The notes under the pieces were generated by a model, which saw only the letters and a list, made by a program, of their open reading frames with translations, made no database searches and was not told the origin of the DNA. From assembly GCA_037379345.1 (NCBI GenBank), contig CM074511.1, positions 55,434,862 to 55,498,861 on the forward strand: a stretch of DNA of 64,000 nt, in the 5' to 3' direction. This DNA comes from Perna viridis (lineage: Eukaryota). The position numbers and the translations under genes were made by a program. The stretch's first letter is position 1; the number at the start of each line of letters is the position of its first letter. Below, one piece after another: positions 32,395-45,938 of the stretch.

Positions 32395-32785
32395 CTACAT
32401 CACGCTACAACATTTCTTCTGTTTCTTTTTGTCTTTTAACGATAAGTTCCCATCCTTGTGATTATTGTCATTTGACTGAGATTCCATCGAAACATTTTTA
32501 TCCTCTATTTTGCCATTTAGTTTTTTCTCTGGAAGTGCCTGTGTACTATTCACATTTTGCGGCAAAACAGTATCATCTGTCACGTCATTGACGTCATCAC
32601 ATGTTTTATTAAGGTCACTCACATTTTCAGTTCTTTCCAGTTCCGTATTGTGTTCAGACGGTCTTTCAGTTTCTCCGTCCTTTAAAATAAATTGATCCCT
32701 AATAATAGTAGCCCTTTTCAAAATATCTGATGCTTCTTGATCAAGGCTTCCCCCTGGTATGAATGGGTTATCTCGGCTTTCTAAA
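32395..32785 (-). CDS. terminal exon of uncharacterised CaaX-prenylated protein (DNPFIPGGSL motif; KKKQKKCCSVM*)
   Basis: Poly-pyrimidine acceptor tttttttcaatttcag|T TTA GAA AGC; open frame to stop; polybasic + CC + CaaX end. Confidence 0.85.
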
Positions 32786-34671
32786 CTGAAATTGAAAAAA
32801 AAAAAGAAATATATCAAAGTATAAACTGGCAAACAAGAGTTCAGAGAAGACGTTAACAAAACAAAATTCGTTAAACTTTTTTTCAGTTATTGGGAAAGAC
32901 TGTAGCCATAGGCCACGGGCCCATTAAAGCTGAAATGACATTTAAGTTACAGTATTATACTTAGAATTAATAAAAGGCACATTAAAATCTTAGTTATTTG
33001 TAAAAATGCTAAAATTGGCTCATTTGAAAAAAATATTTCGCAATCAATGCTTTTTGACAGATCAAATCACAGATAGGAAAAATACATAATACTCTTGTTC
33101 TTGAGGATTTTATAATTATAAACCATGCCTGGAAGAGAAGATGTCATATATTTCATGACGTAATGATGCACGCCGAAAATTCATGGTATCTAAGATGTCA
33201 GGTCAAATGATATAATCTTGAACTACACCAAATGTGAAAATTTCTGAACAGAAAGTCATTTTGTTCGCAGACTGTTTTGTACACAATCAACAACTGCTAT
33301 TATAACGCTGTTGTCCCTACAGGCCAATAATTTGACAACAGATTGTTGTGTAATCACGAATCAATACCAACTAGATTGGTATGTACCAATCAATATTCTG
33401 ACGCCTCCATGTCTATCTCTGATTATCCTTGTTTTACCATCATAAGCTGTTCCAACTTGCTGCTTTTAATGACATTTCATTAACAAGAATGATTCTCTGT
33501 GGTATGTTTTTTTCCAACAAAGAGTAATTCAAGAAGATATGACTGATTAGCGACTATTCTCACTCTAAGGTTGCCACCTTTAAATGCTGGTGGGGTTCTC
33601 AACAAAATAATGCAAGGGAAGAGAAAGAGGATAACATGATAGTTGACCGAAAGGAAATGTATTTACAAAACAATTATGTTCAGACTCTGACTAACGTTAG
33701 ACGACCATAGAAATCAAACACAGAATATGAAATCAATACACATTCTAATTAAAGCATTATTCTAATCAATATTAATTGCTACCGGATCTCAACTATTTCC
33801 ACAACCTTTATTAGGACAAATTCTAAAGGGATGAAACTACATCGAACGTTCACCATACTAGACATGCCACAAATTTCTGAAATTAACATATTTTAGTGTC
33901 CATCTGCCGTAGAACGACGAAGATTTTTATATATTTTGCTAAATTAAATTTAGTTATGTCTATACCCATGCAGGCATGTTAATTTTCTCATGGACATGTT
34001 ATCAAGACCCTCTCCCCTAGAATCAATAGAATCTATCAGTCAGCATTATTTTGACATGCTACCAAGTTAATTACATTGACACATCCTAAACTAATTATTA
34101 TTATTGACAAGATTCTGTCTGGAGACGAGATTTTCTTTAACATCATCATCAAATATATTTTTGTGGACCTAAACAGAAGAATTCCACGTTTGTGTTTACA
34201 TTATATGTCAGTTCAGAGTGTACATGATAACACATAAATAGACACAGCACTACCATCTAATTAGCCCAGCTGTGTGTCTTATCAGATTTAGTTGGGCGTG
34301 TTCACTAAATGCTACAATAAGAAGTGTTACATTCCTCTTCTACCATGGTCAAAACATTAAAAAAATGAATTGTATACATAACATTCAAATATTTACTTCG
34401 ATAGAATCAATAACGAATTTTTTTCTTCGGGCAACAGGTGGCGCGAATAGGTTTTGTTCCTAGGTTAAGGCCGTGAAAATCTCATTAAGTGTTGAGTAAT
34501 AGCTTTAGCAATGTCGCGTGAAATATCAACCTAAAACGAACTAAACGCTATGTTTTCCACACCTACTCAATATTGAATATAGTCGTCTAGAAAATCAGTA
34601 CATCTTCATCTGACGTGAAAGATTAAGAATACAGACAACTGACACATGCAATGAAGAATGTGGTTTCTTAC

Positions 34672-34694
34672 CCATCATCGTCATGTCCTTCCAT
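34672..34694 (-). CDS. candidate alternative first exon C (MEGHDDD-G)
   Basis: ataATGG start, 7 codons + GG|gtaaga strong phase 2 donor. Confidence 0.45.
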
Positions 34695-35989
34695 TATGAA
34701 GCTGGCATTTGTTCGGTTACTATAACAACCTATTGATAATAATTTATGACCGCTACCTTAATGTTATTCCCTTAAAGATGGCGAATAATGCACTCAAAAT
34801 ATTGTCACACAAGATTCTGTGATGCACTATCAATTTGTTGATTCAAGTAATTCACAGTCATCCTTAAATATAGGATGTTCAATGGGACAACTATGAAGAA
34901 ATCTCGTTATCTTAAAAATAATAATGCTTCCGGTCTCATTTCGATAAGAAAACGGAATGCTTTTGAATAAATAAAAATATTTGACCTCTGTAATTATCTC
35001 CACAAACGTATTATTACAGAAACACAAAACACAAGGAGAAAATGATTTCTCTTATCGGAATGCCTCAGATAACATTAGTATATAAAGTAGATTCCGAATG
35101 GCTACTGTGCGGTTCCAGCTTCTGACACGTGCTACATGTTATAAATCATACATGAAATCGATTATCCATTCTGAAATATTGTGATTGCTGTGATAAATAC
35201 ACTGTGGATTTAAGGTAAAGAACCAAATATTGCTTAACTACATTCAATTATTCCACAGAGAAAACTGTGAAAATACAGGCAATTTGTATGTGAATGGAAT
35301 CTGTAAAGGTCAGACATAAGGTTAATAGGCGAAATAAGTGGTAACTTTCCGATTAGGGTTTTAGCAAATGGGTTATTTATTTACCTTTAATGCAAATACA
35401 TTTATATTTTAAAATGGCAACCAAATGCGACCATTCACTATCTGTTAGATGAGGCGGAAATGGCTATGCACTTCAGGTTTTATTTACATTTATTGCTAAT
35501 AAAGAGCAATGAACAAACTTCAACTAAATCCATGATAATAATCATTATTCGGTGTAGGAAAGCTAATGCAAGTGGAATATTATAGTATTGAAAGAACTTG
35601 AAGGTAGATCGATCTGTCAGTTCAAGTACTGATCAGTAACAAAATCAACTGGTTTTATGATAATTTTAGGAAAAAAAACCTTTATCTTCAAATATTGAAA
35701 AAGAGAGTATTGGTGGTCTACATTGTTCAGTTAATTCTAATAGTGTGTTCAGAGTTTTTTAAACCAAAAAGACATTTCCGGAAAGATGTAAATAGAAAAA
35801 AATTATTATAGAAAGCTTATTTGGAAAATAAGAGGGAACAGTTTTTATATAGCAGGATACTGATGCAGATAATTTAGAATGTCATTTTGAACTTTTCGGT
35901 GTCACTTTATGATGATACCGCCTTTTTTATGTGTAAATGAGAGGTTAGTCGATTTAGAAGTGCCAGAAGGGACGGGAATCCCTACAATA

Positions 35990-36560
35990 TCAAGGTTCCG
36001 AACCAGGATTCGAACGGTAATCAAAATAATATAACCCAAGGATACTGACTAGACAGGGAAAACAGACACACACACACACACACAAAAAAAGACACAAAAG
36101 TAAATGAGCCACGCGAATTCCACTAAAACTGGTAGAGTGAGCGCCTTCTTGTTTTTCTAGAAACACACAGCGAGCGTTCATAAAATGTCACGTCCGGGGC
36201 TGACGATAGATGAATGGAAAACTATGACACGGTGAACAAATCTGTTCTTACGATGCAGATGAATACACCATAACGATCCACGAGTTCATGACGACAATAA
36301 AGCTTTTTAGTGATGACTTTAGTTTTGTAGCAACACACCCCTCTTCCAGAAGCCCAGTTGTAACTAAGAAGTCTAGCATGGCACAAGTACGCGTAGTTTC
36401 AGCAAGCACTAGCATAGTGTATGAATTGTGATATGAAAACTCTGTATACAGGTGCTAAAGGGGTGTTGACACAGATGAAAGGGAAGTTAACGATGCAGAA
36501 TGAGAAGTGATAGTTTAGTCATTAGTTAAAAAATGGAGTTTCAATCAACGTGTACTAATA
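35990..36560 (-). mobile_element. Penelope-like retroelement relic (RT C-terminal region plus tail)
   Basis: Minus strand reads FSFCIVNFPFICVNTPLAPVYRVFISQFIHYASAC, followed by the shared tail. Confidence 0.7.
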
Positions 36561-37056
36561 AACAGTGTGGTTAAAACAACCGAAGATACAAGTCCCATGA
36601 ATCCAGGGAAAAACCATGTGGCAAGAAAATGATTAAACAAAAACAAAACAAAAGATAGCTACTGAAAATAAGATTTTGAATATGCAGACATCAAGGAGTC
36701 AGAAAGAACAGATCTATTAGACCATATATTAGAACTATTTAAAACGAATATTTGTGTTATAACTACCAAATATTTTATAATCCTTAATTTAACAGTACTT
36801 GGATGTGGCATGTATCAGAAATTTAGCGACTAAAAAAAAGAATTGACGACATGTTTAAATTATTGTATTAGATGTCAGGGTTTTCCATACAATTTTCGAG
36901 TTATCCTTCTTAGCTCACGAAGAACGTTATTGAGAAAATAAAATGAAATAATTCATGAAATAATATGCCAGTCAATTTTATAACTTTTAGAAAGCGAAGA
37001 TACAACAGTGTGCATGCGCTATAATTATAATTATAATTACAGCGCATGCTCACTGT

Positions 37057-37058
<2 letters not shown>

Positions 37059-37090
<32 letters not shown>
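37059..37090. repeat. (TA)n microsatellite
   Basis: direct reading. Confidence 0.95.
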
Positions 37091-37091
<1 letters not shown>

Positions 37092-38759
37092 TAAAACAAA
37101 AAATGAAATAAAATAAATGGTTGCCACTCGAACTGTCATCTTAACGAAAAAAGTGCTAATAACATTTAAATTCATTGATTTCATGTCGTGCTATTATTTG
37201 TTGTGGGAAAACTTAATGGTAAGTAATATAATCCAAAGGAGTGCTCTTAAATAAGTCAATATCTGAAGTAACCGAAAATATGCGTCAGTTATTACAGTTG
37301 GGAACAAAGCATATGGAAATCAGATACCACACGGTCTTCTATATTGGCTTAAAAAGGAAACGAATTCAAAATAAAATTACAATCCTTCTGAAAATGAAAC
37401 ACTGTAGGGGAGACAAAGAGGACAAGATTCTCTATAGATCAGATGTATTTTGAACTTTAGTGAAGATTAATCTCTTCAATTTTAGATTTCTATTTTATAA
37501 TGATTTTTGTTTTGTCTAGTTTTGCATGTTTGTAAAGTTTAGTACGTTTATTTAATGAATAAATGCATTTTTCAGGGTTAAGCTAAAGACCGAGTATTCT
37601 TTGGAAGGGCAAAAAGAAGAACTTGCGTGTACTGGAAACGTAGAAGATTTTATAGCCACGTTTAGAACGGTTTGCAATATGTGGTAATTTGAGTTGTAAT
37701 GAAGTGGAAAATGCCTCGTCACGCAGAGATTTTTCAAACAAAACAACCAATCAAAAAGTGAATATGATGTCTGATTAGAACGAAGAGACTTTCGCCTCAT
37801 GACTGTGTTTCGAAGAAAATCGGAGAAGATCCTTTACATTCAAGCTTAACAAACAACAACAACAACAACAACAACAATAAAACAAAGAACAAACCCCTTT
37901 GTAACCGTAAAGACACTACAATAGGAGATAAGGTCAGAAAGGTAGGTTGCAAAGTTATCATTTACGATTCAACAGGGTCGCTATGATCAATGAGAATTAA
38001 GTGCTTCTCCTATAAGAATTGGGCAAAATGTATACAGGGTGTGGCACATGAAGGAAAAAAAACGCAGAGATTTTATTGTATTAATTATGTAAATATACCT
38101 GAAAACCACAAGAAATAACCATAAAAGTGTTCGTAAAATTTGCCTTTTTTAAATATTGATACGTCAAATTTAATTGAAATGCACTACGGAAAAATGGCGG
38201 GAAAATTTCCCCGCACTCTTTCCCTTTATAAGCAGTCAAAAAATATTTACGTCACAGATGCTTCAGGATAAACTTAAATAGCTTTTTGGTGTTTTCTAGA
38301 TGTACTGAATATATTTTTGGCAAAAATGACTAAAATTGGGGAAAATAATGTGCCACCCATTGCCTGATTCTTACACATAATGGTTATAGAAATTCTATGG
38401 AATGAGGATAGAAAGTAGATAAATATAGAACATTCCTGATATCATATTGGTTTTAGCAACAGGAGTAGAAATAATTTACCAGAATTAACCAGCATTTGGT
38501 GAAAAGAAACAAAGAGGAAATATTTAAACTTGATTATTTGTTAAGCAATCGAATGCTAAACGGTTTGACATTGTATTTGGAAGCTGATTTCTAGATCTCT
38601 TAGGCTACAAAGATATTTTTAAGAGCAAACACTTAATAGTTACATAACTAGATATCTGGAAGTCTTTTATTACTGCTTCCATCTCTTTGACATTGGAACC
38701 AAAGGAGAATGTGGTTTAAAAAAATCGATTCCGTCTGAAGTAAATTAATGAAGTTGATT

Positions 38760-38847
38760 TTATTCTGCCAGTGAATACGTCTCCCTATTTATCACCACAA
38801 GTATAGTAGAGTCAGAATCAAAGGCGTTCTGTGTATTAGTATTGTTG
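38760..38847 (-). CDS. candidate alternative terminal exon (NNTNTQNAFDSDSTILVVINRETYSLAE*)
   Basis: tttatttctatag| phase 2 acceptor 385 nt downstream of the 162-nt exon donor; short, so may be chance. Confidence 0.3.
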
Positions 38848-39232
38848 CTATAGAAATAAATTGGACGAAAATGTATATAATGACTAAACCTATTAACTAT
38901 AGATTATGAACCATCAAAAAACATAAACATTGTGTCTGATTGTTAGAACAAGCATGTCTATGGTGGGGTTATTTTGGACAGTACTCAACAAAGAATGGTA
39001 GACCACGAGAACTTTGATTACAGGAACATGGATTTCCTACATGCATAAGATATTTACTATTCAAGTCTTAACGATTTTCGTCAATAAACCAAAGTAAACA
39101 AGAATGGAAACGTTCCTGCTACACAAAGACACACACACACACACAAATAGTAAGATAACCAGCATGCACCTTGGAACATAAAAGGTTGGCAAGGCTGGCG
39201 ACAACAGGTTGACAAACTCCATGCCACCTTAC

Positions 39233-39394
39233 CTTGGAGTACGTTTTTTGGGTGTATATCCTGGCGGAGGGCTATCAAGAATTAAAACTTCGGAAATTAA
39301 AATATCTTCCTCTGTGTCACGAGCCTCATCAGGCGGAGGAGATTCTTTTGGAGTATCACAGAAAGTTACTTTGTTCTTTAATATTGTATCATGG
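39233..39394 (-). CDS. internal 162-nt phase 2-2 exon of CaaX gene (HDTILKNKVTFCDTPKESPPPDEARDTEEDILISEVLILDSPPPGYTPKKRTP)
   Basis: ttttcttttgcaacag| ... CCA AG|gtaagg; no stops; frame joins terminal exon. Confidence 0.75.
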
Positions 39395-42300
39395 CTGTTG
39401 CAAAAGAAAAAAATATCTTATTAAAACATGTTTCCAGACTTATTGAGAATGATCTGAATTTCATTCGTAGAAACTTTTTCGCTCGCACATATCGACCGAT
39501 TAAAAAAGATATTTAGTCTTACTTTTGACCACCAATATTAAATAATTTCGAGAAACGAATGTGCCAGATTGCTCGGCAATTCAATTTTGAGTTTTTCTTA
39601 CTACATAGACGAACCTTATTGACTGAGGTTGTATTACCGTGACTTGATTTATGAGACTTTACTAGCTAAGGCCTCAAATCAAATCATAGCTGTTGATAGT
39701 GTGCGCAGATGATAAAGAGATCGTAGGACCTTAAACACTTGTTTCCTGGCCTAATGCCACCTAATAGAAAGCAATCACATGTCTTATTGTTTATTAATGA
39801 CGGGTGAATCATGGAGATGGATCATCATCAATGCATTTCAATCTGGACGTGACTCTGCAAATACAACATGATTTTATATGATAATCATGTTTCATAGACA
39901 TGGTTAAATGATATCTGTCCACACAACACACACAGATGAAGTTGGAGGTATACTTTTCTTACTCAATAATTGTTAGTTAATAGCACCATTAAAAAGACAT
40001 TCATTAAAAGAAATCAAATTGTTAGCTTCACCACATAAACAAACGGTAACTACATTATGAATCATATAATCAAAGTTGTTTGCTTTGTGATGAGGCAATC
40101 ATGGTTGATTTCTTCCAATTATGGCTGTTATTACCAGAGATGTAGGAGGATAAAGTGACTGACTACATCCTGTGCTCTTAATGCATTGATTTATCAGCAG
40201 TATCAACAGTTGCTGAGAACTCTGTCGTATGAACAATAACCTTTTACTAAACAATAGCATAAGTCGCACATGGTGTTTATGGAATTAGCAGTTGAATGTT
40301 GAATGGTTGCAATTCCAATTTAAGGAAAACTGCTCTTGCAAAAAATCTGAAATGAAGCATAATTTCCTTATTTAGTTTTAGGAAATTGCGTCAGGATTGC
40401 GAATCTTTCCGTTTTTAATTTATGGCAGCTAGTAAGACTTATATGATAAATATAACAATTAAACCTTTGTTTGGAGTATCTCTAGGTTATATGTATTGTT
40501 CAAAAAGGAAATTAATGAAAATTATAGGATGGTGACAATCAAACATCGATTTCCCAAAAACGCCATTAAAGTAATAAAACGCTATATTAGCAGACTAATA
40601 AAGAATTTTTTTCTTCGTCTTGTGTTATCATATACCTGCTATTGCTCTACAATTATTCGTAAGTTAACATGACTGAACACTATTGCTTGAGTTATTCTAC
40701 TACTAACTACGAATTATTTGATTCAAGCAATTCATCACTGGTCACATTTAAGATGTATGTAATGAATCTGACTTTCACCTAATATGATAATCGCATTGTT
40801 CAGTCCGACAGACACGTGTGAATTACTTTAAAGACAAGAAAACGATTCCTCTTTTTCTGAAGAACTACCCAAGATCTAAACTGGAAAATAAAACGTTCCA
40901 AAGAAAGAAAAGGTTTTCATGTACAGTTAGATGATAGGATTTTATTTGACTGACATAAATTTTTTATTCTTGCAAGTATATGACAGGATAAAATTTGGTC
41001 GTATAATGGAAATAGATTTTTTATATATATATACCCGATAAGTTTCATAGCTACCAATATTGTTAAAGTGACATTACAACATATATCACGAACATTATTT
41101 TACGTCAATATAGGAACATGACATACAAACAATTCTCATTATAGATAAAACAAAAGATAATAAACACAGCATGTGCCAGCCTTCTATCTCAATAGGATCA
41201 AAGAGATCATTCCAAAAATACTCAAGTGGTTCTCCTTCGTTGTCACCTGTGACGTTCTTATGCCTGGAAAGTTTGTAATTTGATTAAAGATGAAAAAAGC
41301 ACCTGTAAACCTTTAAGGACTTAATATGACTTATTGTCAAGAAGATAATAGTTTGTAGTTCTTATTGAAGTTGTGCACCAGATCTTTGTAGATGGAGGTT
41401 AAATTGTTTACTAGAAACCCAAGTACGCGAGGGATGCAAATACTTGATAACTGGAAGTAAGCCAATATTTTCCATGAAGCGGAATTTGTCTAATTAGAAA
41501 CACATCGAATGCCAACAGGTACTAACGAAAGAAAAGTTTTCTTTGACTTGTTCAAATAGAGTTTCCTATCGTTTAAAGATGCACAAATGTTGCAAAAATA
41601 TAGACTGCATGACTGAGGGTGAAGGTCACAAAAGTTCTCTGGAGTTTCTGATCAATGGATCCGTCATTTATCATCTTTAAGATGGAGAACCTATAAGATT
41701 CCGAGTAAAGCTTTAAATTGATATCCACAGACTATTGATCTTTTTGAGCGCTTACTCAAGTGGATAACTATAGTTCATTCCTTAATTCATGATTGAATCC
41801 CTCTAAACAATATTTGATTTGCTTAGTTAATACAGCTGATACAAAATAGACTAAAGCATTATAATGTCTTGTTTAGAAAACTAATTTTTTTACGAAATCT
41901 ATTCTATTTTTATTTTGTATTGTCTCCTTGTCCTGCCTACCTTACTTTTTACTGGACTAAAGCGGTTGCCATATTTTATATGAAAATGCAGATCAAAAGC
42001 GCTCTGACCTGTATTTGAAGTCTTGACCTAACCAATCTAGAGTGAACAAGGTTAAAAGATACTGTAACTAGTAAAACATTCAGTGATAAGCGAAAATGAA
42101 TAATGGTATATATCGTATATACCATTCAACTCAGAATCCGCTAGCTTCTAGTAGTTTTTGGGTTGACTTTAGCCTGCCAGAGAATCGAAATTAGCTTATT
42201 TGTTTGTTCTATGTATAGAAATGATTGATCCCTATTGATGTTATTTGTTGTGTTGCCTGATTGAAAGTCGATGAAAGCAGGTGAATAACGGAGCTGACAT

Positions 42301-43770
42301 ATGGAAACAATAAGAAGTACTATCACCTCATCACTATACTCTACTCTTGCGCAATAAATATGAGTATGCATGAGAGCGTAATATATTTCAAACAACATAG
42401 TTCACATTATTATTCACTAAACATTCATATTTCGGCAAACCAAAAAAAAAAAAAATTACCAAAACGTCAACAATGAAACTTTCATTGGACACCTGATGTA
42501 CAAGGTGATTCCGTGTCCGTAGATTCACGAGGTCATTACTGTAACTTTCGTAACCGGAAATTGGGGAATGTGTGCATGTTATAGTTAAAAACTTCCATTG
42601 TCTGTATGTACAAGACACAAATATAAAATACCGATTATAATACATATTGCAAATTTCGATATGCTGCACCCGTGTTGACCTCTCATTAGCAGCATTTGAA
42701 TAAAGTGTACAGGTAGATCTAAATCCCAAAAATAATTGTAAGCAAAAAGTACTCAAAACCAAAACTATCGAAATGAATGATAATATGAAGACAAGAAAGA
42801 ACTAAATCACCCATCATCATCAACTTAGCATGTTGATTTCGCTACACATACATGTAGAATGCTGTAGGTACTATCTGAAGAAAGTGATGAAGTATACAAT
42901 TGTCATATTTACAGTCATAATAAAATGATATTAAAAACTAACAAGTCTTATCGCGATTTTCAAATGGAACAATTTTAACAATTTAAAGAACTAACATGCA
43001 ATTAACAAACTGGTTAAAGATGCACAGTATCATATGGTTAAAGCAACCTGTTCATATGGAGATAAGACATACTCATATAGCGAATTCGAATTAACATTTT
43101 CAGAAGATAGACTATTGGTATATTATTTTAGAACATTTTCTGACTATTAAACAAAGATATACAGATAGCAGAATGATATTTATCTACAGAAGATAATTAC
43201 ACGGTATTCTTTGTGAAGAAATTGCTATTAAAACGATTTTTATGAATTGAAGGTTTTTTTTTAAATAAACCTGTAAACAAATGAGAAGTAGTACCCTTGG
43301 TCAATTAGCGATATATTTTAATAAATGATTTTTGAAAACTTAGAACGAAACAGATAGGCAAACTCTAAGAGAGTCCATAGAACAAATAAATCTCTTTAGT
43401 TAGTTTGATCGTTCAGTAGTTATAGAATGAGCTTATTACATCATAGATTGTCATCTTTCAAAGAGAACTTTTATTTCGATTTCAACATCGCAATGAATAT
43501 GATACACTTTTCAATGAAACAAACCTATTTTATAGTCAATAGAATGCAATTTAGTGTTTGTTACAGAAATATCTATGATTTTTGTACAAAAACAATAATT
43601 CTACGCATTACTTCTATATTGTACAATAAAGATAACCTCGCTAATAATAGATCTATGCTGATACAGAATGAATTATTCAGCTGCTGAAAGATACATTGTT
43701 TTTGTATTATTTAGATCATTTTCTAGTCATTAAACAAAAAATTAAGAATATGAAAAACAAAGAGATTTAC

Positions 43771-43862
43771 CAGCTGCATGTACAGTTCGGATCCTTTTTC
43801 TTGATGCCCTCCAATTTTATGTAGTTGTTATTTTTTAAATCCGTCTCGTCAGTTGTCGACAT
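43771..43862 (-). CDS. candidate alternative first exon B (MSTTDETDLKNNNYIKLEGIKKKDPNCTCS)
   Basis: aatATGT start, 30 codons + TG|gtaaat phase 2 donor. Confidence 0.55.
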
Positions 43863-45010
43863 ATTGTCACATCAGTGAGTGGTCAAATGTTTTCATTCTA
43901 TATACAGATCAATATATCTCTCCATCGTGTGTGAAGGAATCGATAAAAAAAAGTCAACCTTCCATACTTGTTTACTGAAAATTACCATCGAAAACCGAGC
44001 AACGAAATATGGCAGAGTACCAATAGAGAATGCATTCGTTACCTTCCACTATCAGGTTATAGTTAAAAGCAATAATTGGTTAATTAATATGATGTGCATC
44101 CGAAACAAACGAAAGAAGCTGTTAATTAATCCATTCCCGACAAATATCCCAAAGGGAAACGAAAGATTGCCACTGGCTGACACTAGATAATATGTACTTC
44201 TAAATTACAAAAAAAACTGACGAGGAACTTTGCTCAACATCCTAGAAATAAATGGCCGCCTACAAACTGACAAAGCAGTCATAAGAAGAACTGTTTTGTT
44301 CATCAACTAGTTACGTTCATCTGACAGAAAACTACATCAAATTAATTCTTCATCAAGTTCTGATTTTCTTAGAATAAATAATAACGTTAACTACGGGGAT
44401 ATAGTTCGTTGGTTAACGATACAGAATAAAAAAGATGATTTTTGTTGGGCGGTTTTAAGTTCACAATTCGGCGATTGCAATGCATTAAAATTTAAACAAA
44501 CTGACGATTTTACTTTTTAATTCAATAAAATTCCAATGGAAATGGCAAATATCAGAAATCAAAATGCCATGAAACAATTATCACCTATTGAAATTGCTAC
44601 GATTTCCTGTTTATTTGATCGACCATACATTGAAGCAGATTGCACATCTACTTTAAGGTGCTCTATAAACAATGGCGATGCCGATAATGATTGAAATTAA
44701 TGAAACATTTACTTAACAGTTATACAAATTGAATTGCCTTGAATTTAGAACAACAGCGATGTGTACTTTGGATGCAGCTATCGCACAATTGAAAATTTTG
44801 TAGAAGTATATGCTACTTAAATTTTTGATATGTAATATTTTTGAATTACGAAAAAAGACACGATATGAAAAACTTGATTAAAATCGCTAAAAAATACACA
44901 AAATTAGCAACTTAACCTTTAGAATGCACGGTTGAACTCTATAGTCATTGACAAGTTGAATCAGGAAGAAGGTTTAACATGTACTTTTGTAAAATACAAT
45001 ACAGCAATTT

Positions 45011-45012
<2 letters not shown>

Positions 45013-45043
<31 letters not shown>
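45013..45043. repeat. (TG)n microsatellite
   Basis: direct reading. Confidence 0.95.
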
Positions 45044-45045
<2 letters not shown>

Positions 45046-45938
45046 AAAGGGGGGTAATCTAAGGAAAGTAGGTATTAAAGGTGTACGAGTATTACCATAT
45101 ATATGTAACAAAGTTTTATTTCATAATTTTAAAAGACGTCGAGAATTTCCTTACATTCTATAGATTTATACTTACTGAATACTAAATATGTATCGTAACA
45201 AGACAGTAATATCTAAATATCGAGTAAATACCCGACAATGGAGGCACTCAGTTGGAAGAATTGTATCTATATAACCATAATTATAGAACTCCTATAAAGC
45301 TCTAAATTAATAATGCTTTCCATTTAAATCAATTATGGATTTTGTATAAATAAAAATTCGGGAACGTAGTTACATATCGTGACCAGAGGTCAAAAGGTCA
45401 CTAACTAATCCTTGAGATGACGAAAGACTTCTCGGATATAATACGCGCACACACGCACAATGTTTATGGATAAAATAGAAAATTACACTTCAATTCTCTT
45501 TGAGATTAAGTCTATATATGCATATTGTTTTTTTATACAAATTCGATCGTGAACAAGGAAATGAAATGTCTTTCATATGCCAAATTATGGAAAATAATCA
45601 ATTATTATACCAGTTCTTCCAAGATAGAACCGCATTTGCATTCTCCAATAAATTGAAAATTTGGAAGACACTATCAAGATTTCTTTGATGCAGGAAAACA
45701 AATAGCTGAAAGTTTGGTATTTTTAGCACGTCTTGGTATTTATCACTGACATTGACATTTCCAATATCGGATTGACCGTGATATGTGCGGAGGATATCTA
45801 CCGTTCCCTGGTTATGTCTAGACTATACAGCTTCTGATAAATTGATGGTCCTTACTCATAGTATATAAACTGAATTTCTTCAAATTTGTTGTTATTCCGA
45901 ACACTTTTAGTAATTGTTGGGTTTTAGGTGCATCTTAC

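Noticed and set aside
39320-39335. CTGATGAG hammerhead core on the minus strand
   Set aside because: Lies in the coding frame (PDE) of the 162-nt exon with no properly placed GAAA or stems
41064-41263. Possible minus-strand terminal exon (HKNVTGDNEGEPLEYFW...)
   Set aside because: Weak acceptor; the 3' half reads like translated AT-rich intron; no supporting homology
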